A stretch of 46,149 bases of DNA. Source: Candidatus Rokuibacteriota bacterium. Lineage in GTDB: Bacteria > JAUVQV01 > DATDCY01. The stretch spans positions 1 to 46,149 of the forward strand of contig JANOHV010000188.1 of NCBI GenBank assembly GCA_031406795.1, read 5' to 3'. The notes beneath the pieces were generated by a model. That model ran no database searches. It was not told where the DNA came from and saw only the letters and a list, made by a program, of their open reading frames with translations. Below, piece by piece: positions 26,286 to 34,333 of this stretch (positions are counted from its first letter, which is position 1; every line of letters starts with the position of its first letter). Both the position numbers and the translations under genes were made by a program.

Positions 26286-27293
26286 TCACGGGGCGTTTCG
26301 CGCCACCCGGAAGCCGATGAAGTCGCTCTTGTTCTGGCGGTAGTACGAAGTAGCGCTCGCGACCTGGGCATTATCGGCGACGGATTGCCACGAGCCGCCG
26401 CGCAGGGCGTAGGTGGCGCCGCTCGATTCCCGCCAAGAGGTAGAGGTCCACTCCAGGACGTTTCCGGTCATGTCGAAAAGACCGAGCCCGTCCGGCTCAT
26501 AGCTGCCGACGGGCGCCGTGTGCTGGTGTCCGTCGTCGTGCCCGGCGAGGAGCCCAACCCCTCCCCAACCGAAAATGCCTTGGACCTCTTCGCCGGCGAG
26601 GTTCCCCGATCGTTTCCCCTCCGGCGCCCCGCTGCCCCAACTGAAGGTCGCCCACCGTGCGCCGTTTCCGGCGGCTAACTCCCACTCCGCCTCGGTGGGC
26701 AGCCGCACGCCCGCCCACGCGCAGAATTCCTGGACGTCGTCCCAGGAGACACAGACCACCGGATGGTCGTCCCTCTGCGGGAAGCCCGGGTCCCGCCACG
26801 TCACGCCTCCTCGGGCCTCCCAATAGCCGGCCTTCTGAAGTTGACGGCACCCCCCGGCCCTCTCGGCATCGGTCCGGTACCCCGTAGCCTCGACGAACGA
26901 GCGAAATTGTCCTACGGTGACCTCGTGCCGCCCGAGGAAAAATCCCGCCACCCGTTCGGGGTGCTGGTCGACCACGCCCCCCCTGGTCTGCATCTCGAAC
27001 TCACCGCCCGGGATGGAGACAAATTCCAGGCCGATCCGCTGCCAGAGCGCTGCGAGACGCCGCCGCTGCTGCTCGGCGCTCTCCGGGGCCACGGAAGGCT
27101 TCGTTGCCACCCCCCCCGCGTCCTTTGAGGCCGTCGCTCGAACAGCAGTCGCTGGCAACTTGCCGGAGTCCACGCTGGATCCGGCAACGCCGGGCTGGTC
27201 AGTGGCACACCCGGCACCGAGTCCCAGCGCCAATACTATCGCGCACAACGTCCCCCCAGCCGCCGCCCCGCCGCGTCCCCGTTGACTTCTCAT
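26286..27293 (-). CDS. Formylglycine-generating-enzyme family (SUMF1/EgtB/PvdO fold) lipoprotein
   Basis: Lipobox LGAGC; HEVTVGQF, HPVVCVSWDD, RLPTEAEWE, GLFDMTGNVLEW, RGGSW and GFRVAR motifs. Confidence 0.9.
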   Translation of the reverse strand: MRSQRGRGGAAAGGTLCAIVLALGLGAGCATDQPGVAGSSVDSGKLPATAVRATASKDAGGVATKPSVAPESAEQQRRRLAALWQRIGLEFVSIPGGEFEMQTRGGVVDQHPERVAGFFLGRHEVTVGQFRSFVEATGYRTDAERAGGCRQLQKAGYWEARGGVTWRDPGFPQRDDHPVVCVSWDDVQEFCAWAGVRLPTEAEWELAAGNGARWATFSWGSGAPEGKRSGNLAGEEVQGIFGWGGVGLLAGHDDGHQHTAPVGSYEPDGLGLFDMTGNVLEWTSTSWRESSGATYALRGGSWQSVADNAQVASATSYYRQNKSDFIGFRVARNAP

Positions 27294-27395
27294 CGTCGCA
27301 CCGCCTTTCCGTCCATCTCAAACAGTTTAGGAACCCGACAGGAGACAGAGTCTCCTAGTTTACAATCCTGCTCGACGGACCCGGGAGGGGAACCT

Positions 27396-28885
27396 CTATT
27401 TCTGGGCCTTGAACGCGAGAAGGGCCCCAACCGCCCGATGCAGGTGGCCTTCGACCGGGGCTCTGTCGTCAGTGAACGTGTCGAACCTCCGGTCGGGGAC
27501 GTACTCCCGGACGCCTCTCGCGAAGCCGGCGGCGAAAGGGTACAAGAGCGGTTCGTCGACCTGGGCGAGCTTCCTGCCGATCTCCCCCCGGGTGGTCTCT
27601 CTCGCCATTGCGACAAACAGGGTGTTCTCGACGCCGAGACTGTACTGGAACACCGTGGGAAACACCGAGGCGACCGTGTTGCCGACGGATACGACAAGCC
27701 CCTCCATCTCCTTCATCTCTTTAACCCCGAGCACGTTCATCATCATGATGCCGCGGTCGGTCAATCGTTCCCGCACCAGCCTGAAAAATTCCTCGGTGAC
27801 CACATAAGAAGGGATGTTCGGCCCTCCCTGGAAAAGATCGACCTCGATGAAGTCGTATTTCTTCCCGGTTCTCGCGAGGAAACTGCGGGCGTCATCGATG
27901 TGTATGCGCAGCGACCCTGACTCCCGGGTTCCAAAGTACTTCTCCGCCACCTCCACGACTTTCGGGTCGATCTCCACGGCGTCGATGCTCATGTCGGTGA
28001 AGCGGAGCTTTTGCTGCACCGAAGCGCCGGCGCTCATGCCCAGCACCAGGGCCGTCGAGACTTCCGTCAGGTAGGGCGCCAGATTGAAGTATTCCCGATA
28101 GGTGTGCAGCAGGTTTCCGCGCAGCGGCATGTAGGATTCCATCCAGACCGGATCGTTGAAAGCCAGCCAGCGCGCATCTGCGTCCTCGTACACATAGAGC
28201 ACGCTGTAAAGCGAGTCCGTCTGATAGATGATCCGCGGGTCCTGCACGGTGGCGGGCGACGCCAGAAGTGGCAGGGACACGGCCATGAGCCCCAGGTTCT
28301 TGCGTCTTCGCAGGGAGAGGCCGCCCACCGCAACGGTCACGGTCACGAGAATGGCGAGAAGGAATGTCGCCTTCGACCCGAGACGCGGTATCAAGTAAAA
28401 CGTCGAGAGGAAGCTGCCGAGTATGCTCCCCACGGTCGAGAGCGAAAAGATCGCCCCGGAGGTCACGCCGAGCCCTGTTCGGTGCCGAGGAGCCGGATCA
28501 GACTGGGGGAGACCATGCTGAGCAGAAGCATGGGGACGCCGAAGATCACCAGGGCCGCCAGGAGGGCCCCGTACACCATGCCATATCCCTGGAAATGCTC
28601 CAGGATGGGGCGGGAGCGGAGGTAGCAGGGGACCATGTAGATTCCGGCCGCGAGAATGCTGCCGTAGAGCAGATCGACCCTCGGATACCGATCGGCAAAT
28701 TCGCCTCCCAGGTAGTAGCCGACGGAGAGCGCGCCGAGGACGACCCCGATCAGGCTCCCGGTCACATAGACGGAGCTGCCGAAGTAGGGGGCGAACAGAC
28801 GGAATCCCAGGATTTCCAGCACCAGGATGACAAAGCCCGTGCTGAAGCAGGTGAAATATAGATAATAACTGTCCAGCCTTTTCAT
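27396..28885 (-). pseudogene. Fused MFS-like membrane domain / spermidine synthase-like methyltransferase, frameshifted near 28474
   Basis: The N-terminal part (MKRLDS...LEILGFRLFAPYFGSS...LIRLLGTEQG) stops at 28463. The C-terminal part (LGVTSGAIFSLSTVGSILG...VEIDPKVVEVA...DDAR...FTDDRAP) continues in another frame. Adding one G to CAGGGCTC restores the frame. Confidence 0.75.
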
Positions 28886-29007
28886 GCGCCAACTTCGGCA
28901 GGGACGCTCTTGTCCAGAGGAACGGCACATCATCGCTGAAGAGTACCACAAGTAATGAATCGCCCGCATTGACAAAGCGCCACCGTGCCCGGAGAATCGC
29001 CGCCATC

Positions 29008-30555
29008 ATGCGAGATGGCTACACAGGGGCCTCGCTTTTCCGGCAGGGCCTCCCGTGGGTCATGGCGGTGTCCCTCCTCCTTGCAACCGCGGTCATGTAC
29101 CGAAGTGTCGGGGAATTCCAGTTCGTCAACTACGACGACGACTCCTACGTCTATCGCAATCCCGTGGTGCTTCGGGGACTGGAGGCCGCTGGTGTCCGCT
29201 GGGCGTTTTTCGGCGCTCACGCCGCAAATTATCACCCGGTCACCTGGCTATCACACATGCTCGACGCGGAGTTGTTCGGGAAGGACCCCGGTCCGCAGCA
29301 CCTGGTCAACCTCCTGTTCCACCTCGCGAACACCGCGGTGCTGTTCCTGCTCCTGCGGCGCATGACCGGGGCCGCGTGGCGGAGCTATTTCGCCGCCGCC
29401 CTCTTCGCCCTTCACCCGTTGCACGTGGAGTCGGTTGCCTGGATCTCCGAGCGAAAAGACGTCCTGAGCGGCCTGTTTTTCCTGACGGGCATCTGGGCGT
29501 ACGCCTGGTGGACGGCCAGACGCAGTGCCGCGCGGTACCTGCTGCTCGTCCTGCTCTTCACCCTGGGTTTGATGGCCAAACCCACGCTGGTCACCCTGCC
29601 TTTGCTGCTGCTGCTCCTGGACGGGTGGCCGCTCGGCCGCTGGACGGCGGGGCCATACCGGCTGCTGCTCGAGAAAGCGCCGCTGTTCCTGATCTCCGCT
29701 GTCTTTTCGGTGATCACCTATCTCGTCCACCGGGGAGCCATCGCGCCGTTGTCGCAAGTCCCCCTGCCGGACAGGCTGGCGAATGCGGTCGTGGTGTACG
29801 GCGCGTATCTCCGAAAAACCCTCTGGCCGAACGACCTTGCCGTGTTCTACCCCTATCCCACGACCATCGCGTGGGGCACGCTGGCGGTTTCAGCAGTCGC
29901 GCTCCTCGTCATCAGCGCCGCGGTGGCGCTCCGGGGGGGCAGGAGCGGCTTCCTGACGACCGGCTGGCTCTGGTACCTCGTCATGCTGGTGCCGATGCAG
30001 GGGTTGGTCCAGGTCGGGGCCCAGTCCATGGCCGATCGCTACACGTACCTCTCGCTGGTGGGGGTCTTCGTCGCGGTGGTGTGGGGGACGGCGGAACTCT
30101 CGCGGGGCTGGCCCTGGCGGCGGGGGATCCTGGCGGCGGCGGCCGGCATTGTTTTCACCGGACTGACCGTAGTCGGCAACCGCCAGGTCGGTTTCTGGCG
30201 TGACTCCGGGACCTTGTTTTCCCGTGCGCTGGCGGTCACCAGCGAGAACCTGGTGGCACACGTCAACCTCGGCATTCATCTCAAGGGAAACGGCAGGCTC
30301 GAGGAGGCCATCGCGCAGTACCGCAAGGCCGTACGGATCAATCCGTACCATCCGAATGTGCACTACAACCTGGCCAATGCCCTGGTGGCGGTCGGGAGAT
30401 TCGAGGAGTCGGTGGAGCCGTACCGGCAAGCCGCTCAGCTCGCCCCCGACGACCCGGATGCCCCGGGAAACCTGGCGGGCGTCCTGAACCGCCTGGGCAG
30501 ATACCGGGAGGCCGACCGGTATGCCGCCGAATCCCAACGGCGGCGGAACCCCTGA
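29008..30555 (+). CDS. TMTC-like GT-C membrane glycosyltransferase with C-terminal TPRs, copy 1
   Basis: FVNYDD, NYHPVTWLSH, LFALHPLHVESVAWISERKDVL, MADRYTY, multiple TM helices, TPR repeats. Start uncertain (29008 or 29062). Confidence 0.82.
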   Translation: MRDGYTGASLFRQGLPWVMAVSLLLATAVMYRSVGEFQFVNYDDDSYVYRNPVVLRGLEAAGVRWAFFGAHAANYHPVTWLSHMLDAELFGKDPGPQHLVNLLFHLANTAVLFLLLRRMTGAAWRSYFAAALFALHPLHVESVAWISERKDVLSGLFFLTGIWAYAWWTARRSAARYLLLVLLFTLGLMAKPTLVTLPLLLLLLDGWPLGRWTAGPYRLLLEKAPLFLISAVFSVITYLVHRGAIAPLSQVPLPDRLANAVVVYGAYLRKTLWPNDLAVFYPYPTTIAWGTLAVSAVALLVISAAVALRGGRSGFLTTGWLWYLVMLVPMQGLVQVGAQSMADRYTYLSLVGVFVAVVWGTAELSRGWPWRRGILAAAAGIVFTGLTVVGNRQVGFWRDSGTLFSRALAVTSENLVAHVNLGIHLKGNGRLEEAIAQYRKAVRINPYHPNVHYNLANALVAVGRFEESVEPYRQAAQLAPDDPDAPGNLAGVLNRLGRYREADRYAAESQRRRNP

Positions 30556-32396
30556 TGTCGTTGAGCGCGCGGCTCCGATCTCCGGCCCTCAGGCTTGGGA
30601 CACTCCTGCTCGTTGTCACGGCAACCGCATATTCGTCGGTTTTGAGCCACGGTTTCGTATGGGATGACGGTGATTACATCCTTCGCAACCGGCACGTGGC
30701 CACGGGGCTCTCCTTAGAGAACATCCGGTGGGCTTTCACGTCGTTTTCCAACTTCAACTGGCACCCGCTGACCTGGATTACGCACCAGGCCGACGTCACG
30801 CTCTTCGGGCTCAAGCCCGCGGGGCACCACCTGGTCAACCTTCTTCTCCACCTTGCGAACACGGCGCTCCTGCTGCTTGCCCTGCGTGGTCTTACCGGCC
30901 ACCTCGGGCGCAGTTTCTTCGTCGCAGCCCTCTTCGCGGTGCATCCCATGCACGTGGAGTCGGTTGCCTGGGTGGCGGAAAGAAAGGATGTCCTGAGCGC
31001 CTTTTTCTGGATGCTCACGCTTCTCTCCTACCTGCGTTATGTGCGGAAGCCGAATCTCAGCCGATACCTCCCAGTCCTCTTCAGTTTTGCCGCCGGCCTG
31101 ATGGCCAAGCCGATGCTGGTGACACTGCCCTTTGTGCTCCTGCTTCTCGACGCCTGGCCCCTTGACCGCGCCCACCGCCGCCCGGCCGGCACCGGACCCG
31201 GGCATAAAACGCCTTTTTCCCCATGGACACGTCTTGCGGCCGAGAAGGCGCCGCTGTTCGCCCTCTCTGCAATTTCCTGCCTGATAACCTATTTCGCCCA
31301 GGCGAGGGGCGGGGCAGTGGCCGCACTGGAGATCCTCTCCTTCGGATCCCGCCTGGCCAACGCTTCCGTCTCGTACGTGAAGTACCTGGGGGCGATGATC
31401 TGGCCCACACGGCTGACGTTCTTCTACCCCTACCCCACGGCCGGGATCCCCGCCTGGACAGTCGCGGGGTCGGTCTTCCTGCTCGCGTGCTTCGCCGCGC
31501 TGGCCGTCTTCTTGCGCCGGCGTCACCCGGCAGTCGCTACCGGGTGGCTCTGGTACCTCGGGACCCTGGTGCCCGTCATCGGCATCGTCCAGATCGGGTT
31601 CCAGGCGATGGCCGACCGCTACACCTATCTCCCCTTTATCGGGTCATTCATGGCCGCGGCCTGGGGACTGCCTGCGCTGTTGCCGCGCCGGTTGCGGCGG
31701 CGCTCCGTGGCGGTTCTTGCCGCAGGGGCGCTCATTGCGACCTGTGCGATTCTCACCTGGCGACAGGTCCAGCACTGGCGCTCGAACTTTGACTTGTACA
31801 CCCATGCCCTCGCCGTGGACCCGGAGAATTACCTCGCCCACACCAACCTGGCAGTCGCCCTCAACAAGGAACGGAGGACCGTGGAAGCAATCCGCCACCT
31901 GCAAGAAGCTATCCGCAGCAGGCCCACGTTCCCGGCCGCGCACCTCAATCTGGGATTGGCCCTGCATGGCGAGGGCCGCCCCACGGAGGCCCTCGCCCAT
32001 CTCAACCAGGCGCTCCTTCTGCAGCCCGACCTGGACGCCGCCCGCGTCGCCATCGGCCTGACCCTGGCGAGGCTGGGAAAGTCGGCGGAGGCCCTCGCCC
32101 AATACCGCGAGGTCCTGGGCAGAAGGCCGGACTACGGCCTGGTCCACCTCTATGCGGCGAACATCCTCGACGACCAGGGGGAGTTCGAGACGGCGCTCCC
32201 CCACTACGTCGCGGCGCAACGCTTCGAACCGGAGAACGAACAGGCGTACTACGATCTGGGCGTGGCGCTGGAGCGGCGGGGTCGCCGTGCAGAGGCCGCC
32301 GAACAGTACCAACTGGCGCTGCGTGCCAAGCCTGATTTTTACGATGCCCGGTTCCGCCTCGGCATCGTGCGCTCACAGCTAGCCGCTCCACGCTGA
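30555..32396 (+). CDS. TMTC-like GT-C membrane glycosyltransferase with C-terminal TPRs, copy 2
   Basis: TGATG overlap with copy 1; FVWDD, NWHPLTW, HPMHVESVAWVAERKDVL, MADRYTY; longer TPR array. Confidence 0.85.
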   Translation: MSLSARLRSPALRLGTLLLVVTATAYSSVLSHGFVWDDGDYILRNRHVATGLSLENIRWAFTSFSNFNWHPLTWITHQADVTLFGLKPAGHHLVNLLLHLANTALLLLALRGLTGHLGRSFFVAALFAVHPMHVESVAWVAERKDVLSAFFWMLTLLSYLRYVRKPNLSRYLPVLFSFAAGLMAKPMLVTLPFVLLLLDAWPLDRAHRRPAGTGPGHKTPFSPWTRLAAEKAPLFALSAISCLITYFAQARGGAVAALEILSFGSRLANASVSYVKYLGAMIWPTRLTFFYPYPTAGIPAWTVAGSVFLLACFAALAVFLRRRHPAVATGWLWYLGTLVPVIGIVQIGFQAMADRYTYLPFIGSFMAAAWGLPALLPRRLRRRSVAVLAAGALIATCAILTWRQVQHWRSNFDLYTHALAVDPENYLAHTNLAVALNKERRTVEAIRHLQEAIRSRPTFPAAHLNLGLALHGEGRPTEALAHLNQALLLQPDLDAARVAIGLTLARLGKSAEALAQYREVLGRRPDYGLVHLYAANILDDQGEFETALPHYVAAQRFEPENEQAYYDLGVALERRGRRAEAAEQYQLALRAKPDFYDARFRLGIVRSQLAAPR

Positions 32397-32440
32397 GCGT
32401 CGTGACTTTGATTCGCTCCAGACATCCGGCCGTGAAACGG

Positions 32441-32469
32441 TTGACAAAGATAACGCCGCTTCCTAATAT
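32441..32469 (+). promoter_or_regulatory. Sigma70-type promoter
   Basis: TTGACA-17 nt-TAATAT upstream of the 15-heme cytochrome gene. Confidence 0.65.
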
Positions 32470-32511
32470 GAAAAGTGAAAAAAATGGCAGGGGCAATCGG
32501 AGGACAGGGGA

Positions 32512-34152
32512 ATGGGTAACATGTCGGGGTCTGACGCGCATCACGCGCGCGTGCGCATGACGGTCGGCGGTATCGTTGCTGCCTTGGTCCTCTGCCTCGC
32601 CGCCGCACCGCTCGCCGCACAGGGGCTCAAACTCGACACCGCCAAGGAGAAGGAAACCGACATCTACGACAGGAGCAACCCCCACAGCGACCTGGAATGC
32701 ACCGAGTGCCACGAGGGGACGCCCCCCGACGGCGCAACCGCCGCGACCGTGAAGTTCAAGAACGGCGAGAAGGGGAACGTGGATCTCTGCTTGACCTGCC
32801 ACGACGCCTCGGACAACGTGCACCCGATCAACGTCGATCCCGCGAAGGTCACCCCGAAGATCGACGTCCTGCCGATGTTCCCGCTGGAGCAGACCGGGGC
32901 GCTCAAGGGGACGGTCGTCTGCTCGACTTGCCATTTTATCCACACCAAGACGGCCGGGCTGAAGCTGCTGCGCGGCTTTCCGGCCTCGTCGGACCCCGAG
33001 GACATCGCGAAGGCGAAGTTCAAGGACCGGCGCGACCTCTGCCGCGCCTGCCACGGCGACGGCCTCAAGGACAAGAGCCCGCACAAGGGCAAGGGCGGCG
33101 CCGACGGCGTGAAGAAGAGCTGCTCCTTCTGCCACGGCAAGGAGCCGAAGGAGGGGGAGAAGGTCAAGTTCACCAAGAACCCCGTCGAGCTGTGCGACTT
33201 CTGCCACGCTGCCACGCGCGGCGGGCACTTCCTGCTCGTGAACCCCTTCGCCGACCCCAACCTCAAGGACGAGATCGCGAAGGCGGACCTGCCGATGATC
33301 GGTGGGGACTTCACCTGCGTCTCCTGCCACAACCCGCACGGCAGCACTGGCGAGGAGAAGTTCCTGCGCAAGGAGTTCGTGGCGCTGGCGCTCAAGTCGG
33401 CCCGCGTGCGGCCGCACTTCATGAAAGCCTTCTGCGAAGCCTGCCACAAGGTGCGCCCGAAGTTCGCCAAGGGCGAGCCCGGGGCGCAGCCGCTTTCGGA
33501 GATTCCGCTGCGCAACGAGGACCCGAACGAGCTGTGCAACCGCTGCCACGAGTCCGGGCTCTCGAAGTCCAACGCCCACCCGATCAAGGAGGTCACGGGC
33601 ATCTACAAGGACCGCATCCCGAAGGACTGGCCGCTGTACAAGGGGGTGCTGACCTGTCTGAGCTGCCACACGGGCGGCGACTCGCCGGTCTACGATCGCG
33701 AGAACCCGAACTTCCTGCGCGGCGCGCCCTACAAGACCCGCAACGAGATCTGCTGGAAGTGCCACGTCCAGACGGAGTTCTCCTCCCTCAACCCGCACGA
33801 GAAGATCAACAACCTCGAGGGGTGCGAGTTCTGCCACCAGACCAAGCCGGACATCGCGAAGCTCAAGGCGGGGATCACCCAGCAGGTCAAGTTCAAGGGC
33901 GACATCGTGCTGCTCTGCATCCGCTGCCACGAGTCGTTCCCCCACCCCTCGAGCGTCGACCACACCGGCAAGCCGGACGCCGACATCATGGAAGCCAAGA
34001 AGATCAAGATCCCTAAGGACCTGCCCCTGGACATCCTCGGCCGCGTGACCTGCGCGACCTGCCACAACCCGCACGCCACGGGGGAGTTGCGTGGTGTCGC
34101 CGGCGGGATGTCGATGTCGATGATGCTCTGCTCGAAGTGCCACCCATTCTAG
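32512..34152 (+). CDS. 15-heme cytochrome c, Lys-rich, probably periplasmic
   Basis: Signal peptide (...LAAAPLAAQ); 15 CxxCH from CTECH to CSKCHPF. Exact start uncertain (32512, 32521 or 32557). Confidence 0.93.
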   Translation: MGNMSGSDAHHARVRMTVGGIVAALVLCLAAAPLAAQGLKLDTAKEKETDIYDRSNPHSDLECTECHEGTPPDGATAATVKFKNGEKGNVDLCLTCHDASDNVHPINVDPAKVTPKIDVLPMFPLEQTGALKGTVVCSTCHFIHTKTAGLKLLRGFPASSDPEDIAKAKFKDRRDLCRACHGDGLKDKSPHKGKGGADGVKKSCSFCHGKEPKEGEKVKFTKNPVELCDFCHAATRGGHFLLVNPFADPNLKDEIAKADLPMIGGDFTCVSCHNPHGSTGEEKFLRKEFVALALKSARVRPHFMKAFCEACHKVRPKFAKGEPGAQPLSEIPLRNEDPNELCNRCHESGLSKSNAHPIKEVTGIYKDRIPKDWPLYKGVLTCLSCHTGGDSPVYDRENPNFLRGAPYKTRNEICWKCHVQTEFSSLNPHEKINNLEGCEFCHQTKPDIAKLKAGITQQVKFKGDIVLLCIRCHESFPHPSSVDHTGKPDADIMEAKKIKIPKDLPLDILGRVTCATCHNPHATGELRGVAGGMSMSMMLCSKCHPF

Positions 34153-34176
34153 CCTAGCGAGACCTCTCGGGGATTG

Positions 34177-34219
34177 AACCCCCTTTTTCCTCCTTTCAAA
34201 GGGAGGAGAAAGGGGGTTT
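34177..34219. terminator. Long hairpin between convergent genes (bidirectional terminator or REP-like)
   Basis: AACCCCCTTTTTCCTCCTTT-CA-AAGGGAGGAGAAAGGGGGTT imperfect inverted repeat. Confidence 0.55.
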
Positions 34220-34221
34220 GG

Positions 34222-34279
34222 CTTTGTCGAAGGGTGAACGGTTACACCATGCATGCTTCGACCAGCTCAGCACGAACGG
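34222..34279. repeat. Degenerate REP-like doublet (TGTCGAAG / CTTCGACxAGCTCAGCACGAACGG type)
   Basis: TTGTCGAAGGGTGAACGG ... GCTTCGACCAGCTCAGCACGAACGG in inverted arrangement; recognised from memory as a common extragenic repeat type. Confidence 0.45.
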
Positions 34280-34333
34280 CTTCGGTGAACCCTATCGGGC
34301 TCAGCCTTACTGCAGAGGGAGAAGAGGGACCAT

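Noticed and set aside
26286-27293. FGE-family gene as selenoneine/ergothioneine synthase (SenA/EgtB), given the nearby Sec gene
   Set aside because: It lacks the N-terminal DinB-like metal-binding domain and carries a lipoprotein signal.
27396-29009. 537-aa ORF as a single intact gene
   Set aside because: Its first ~180 aa are an off-frame reading. The real N-terminus is in the 28463-28885 frame, so the locus is frameshifted.
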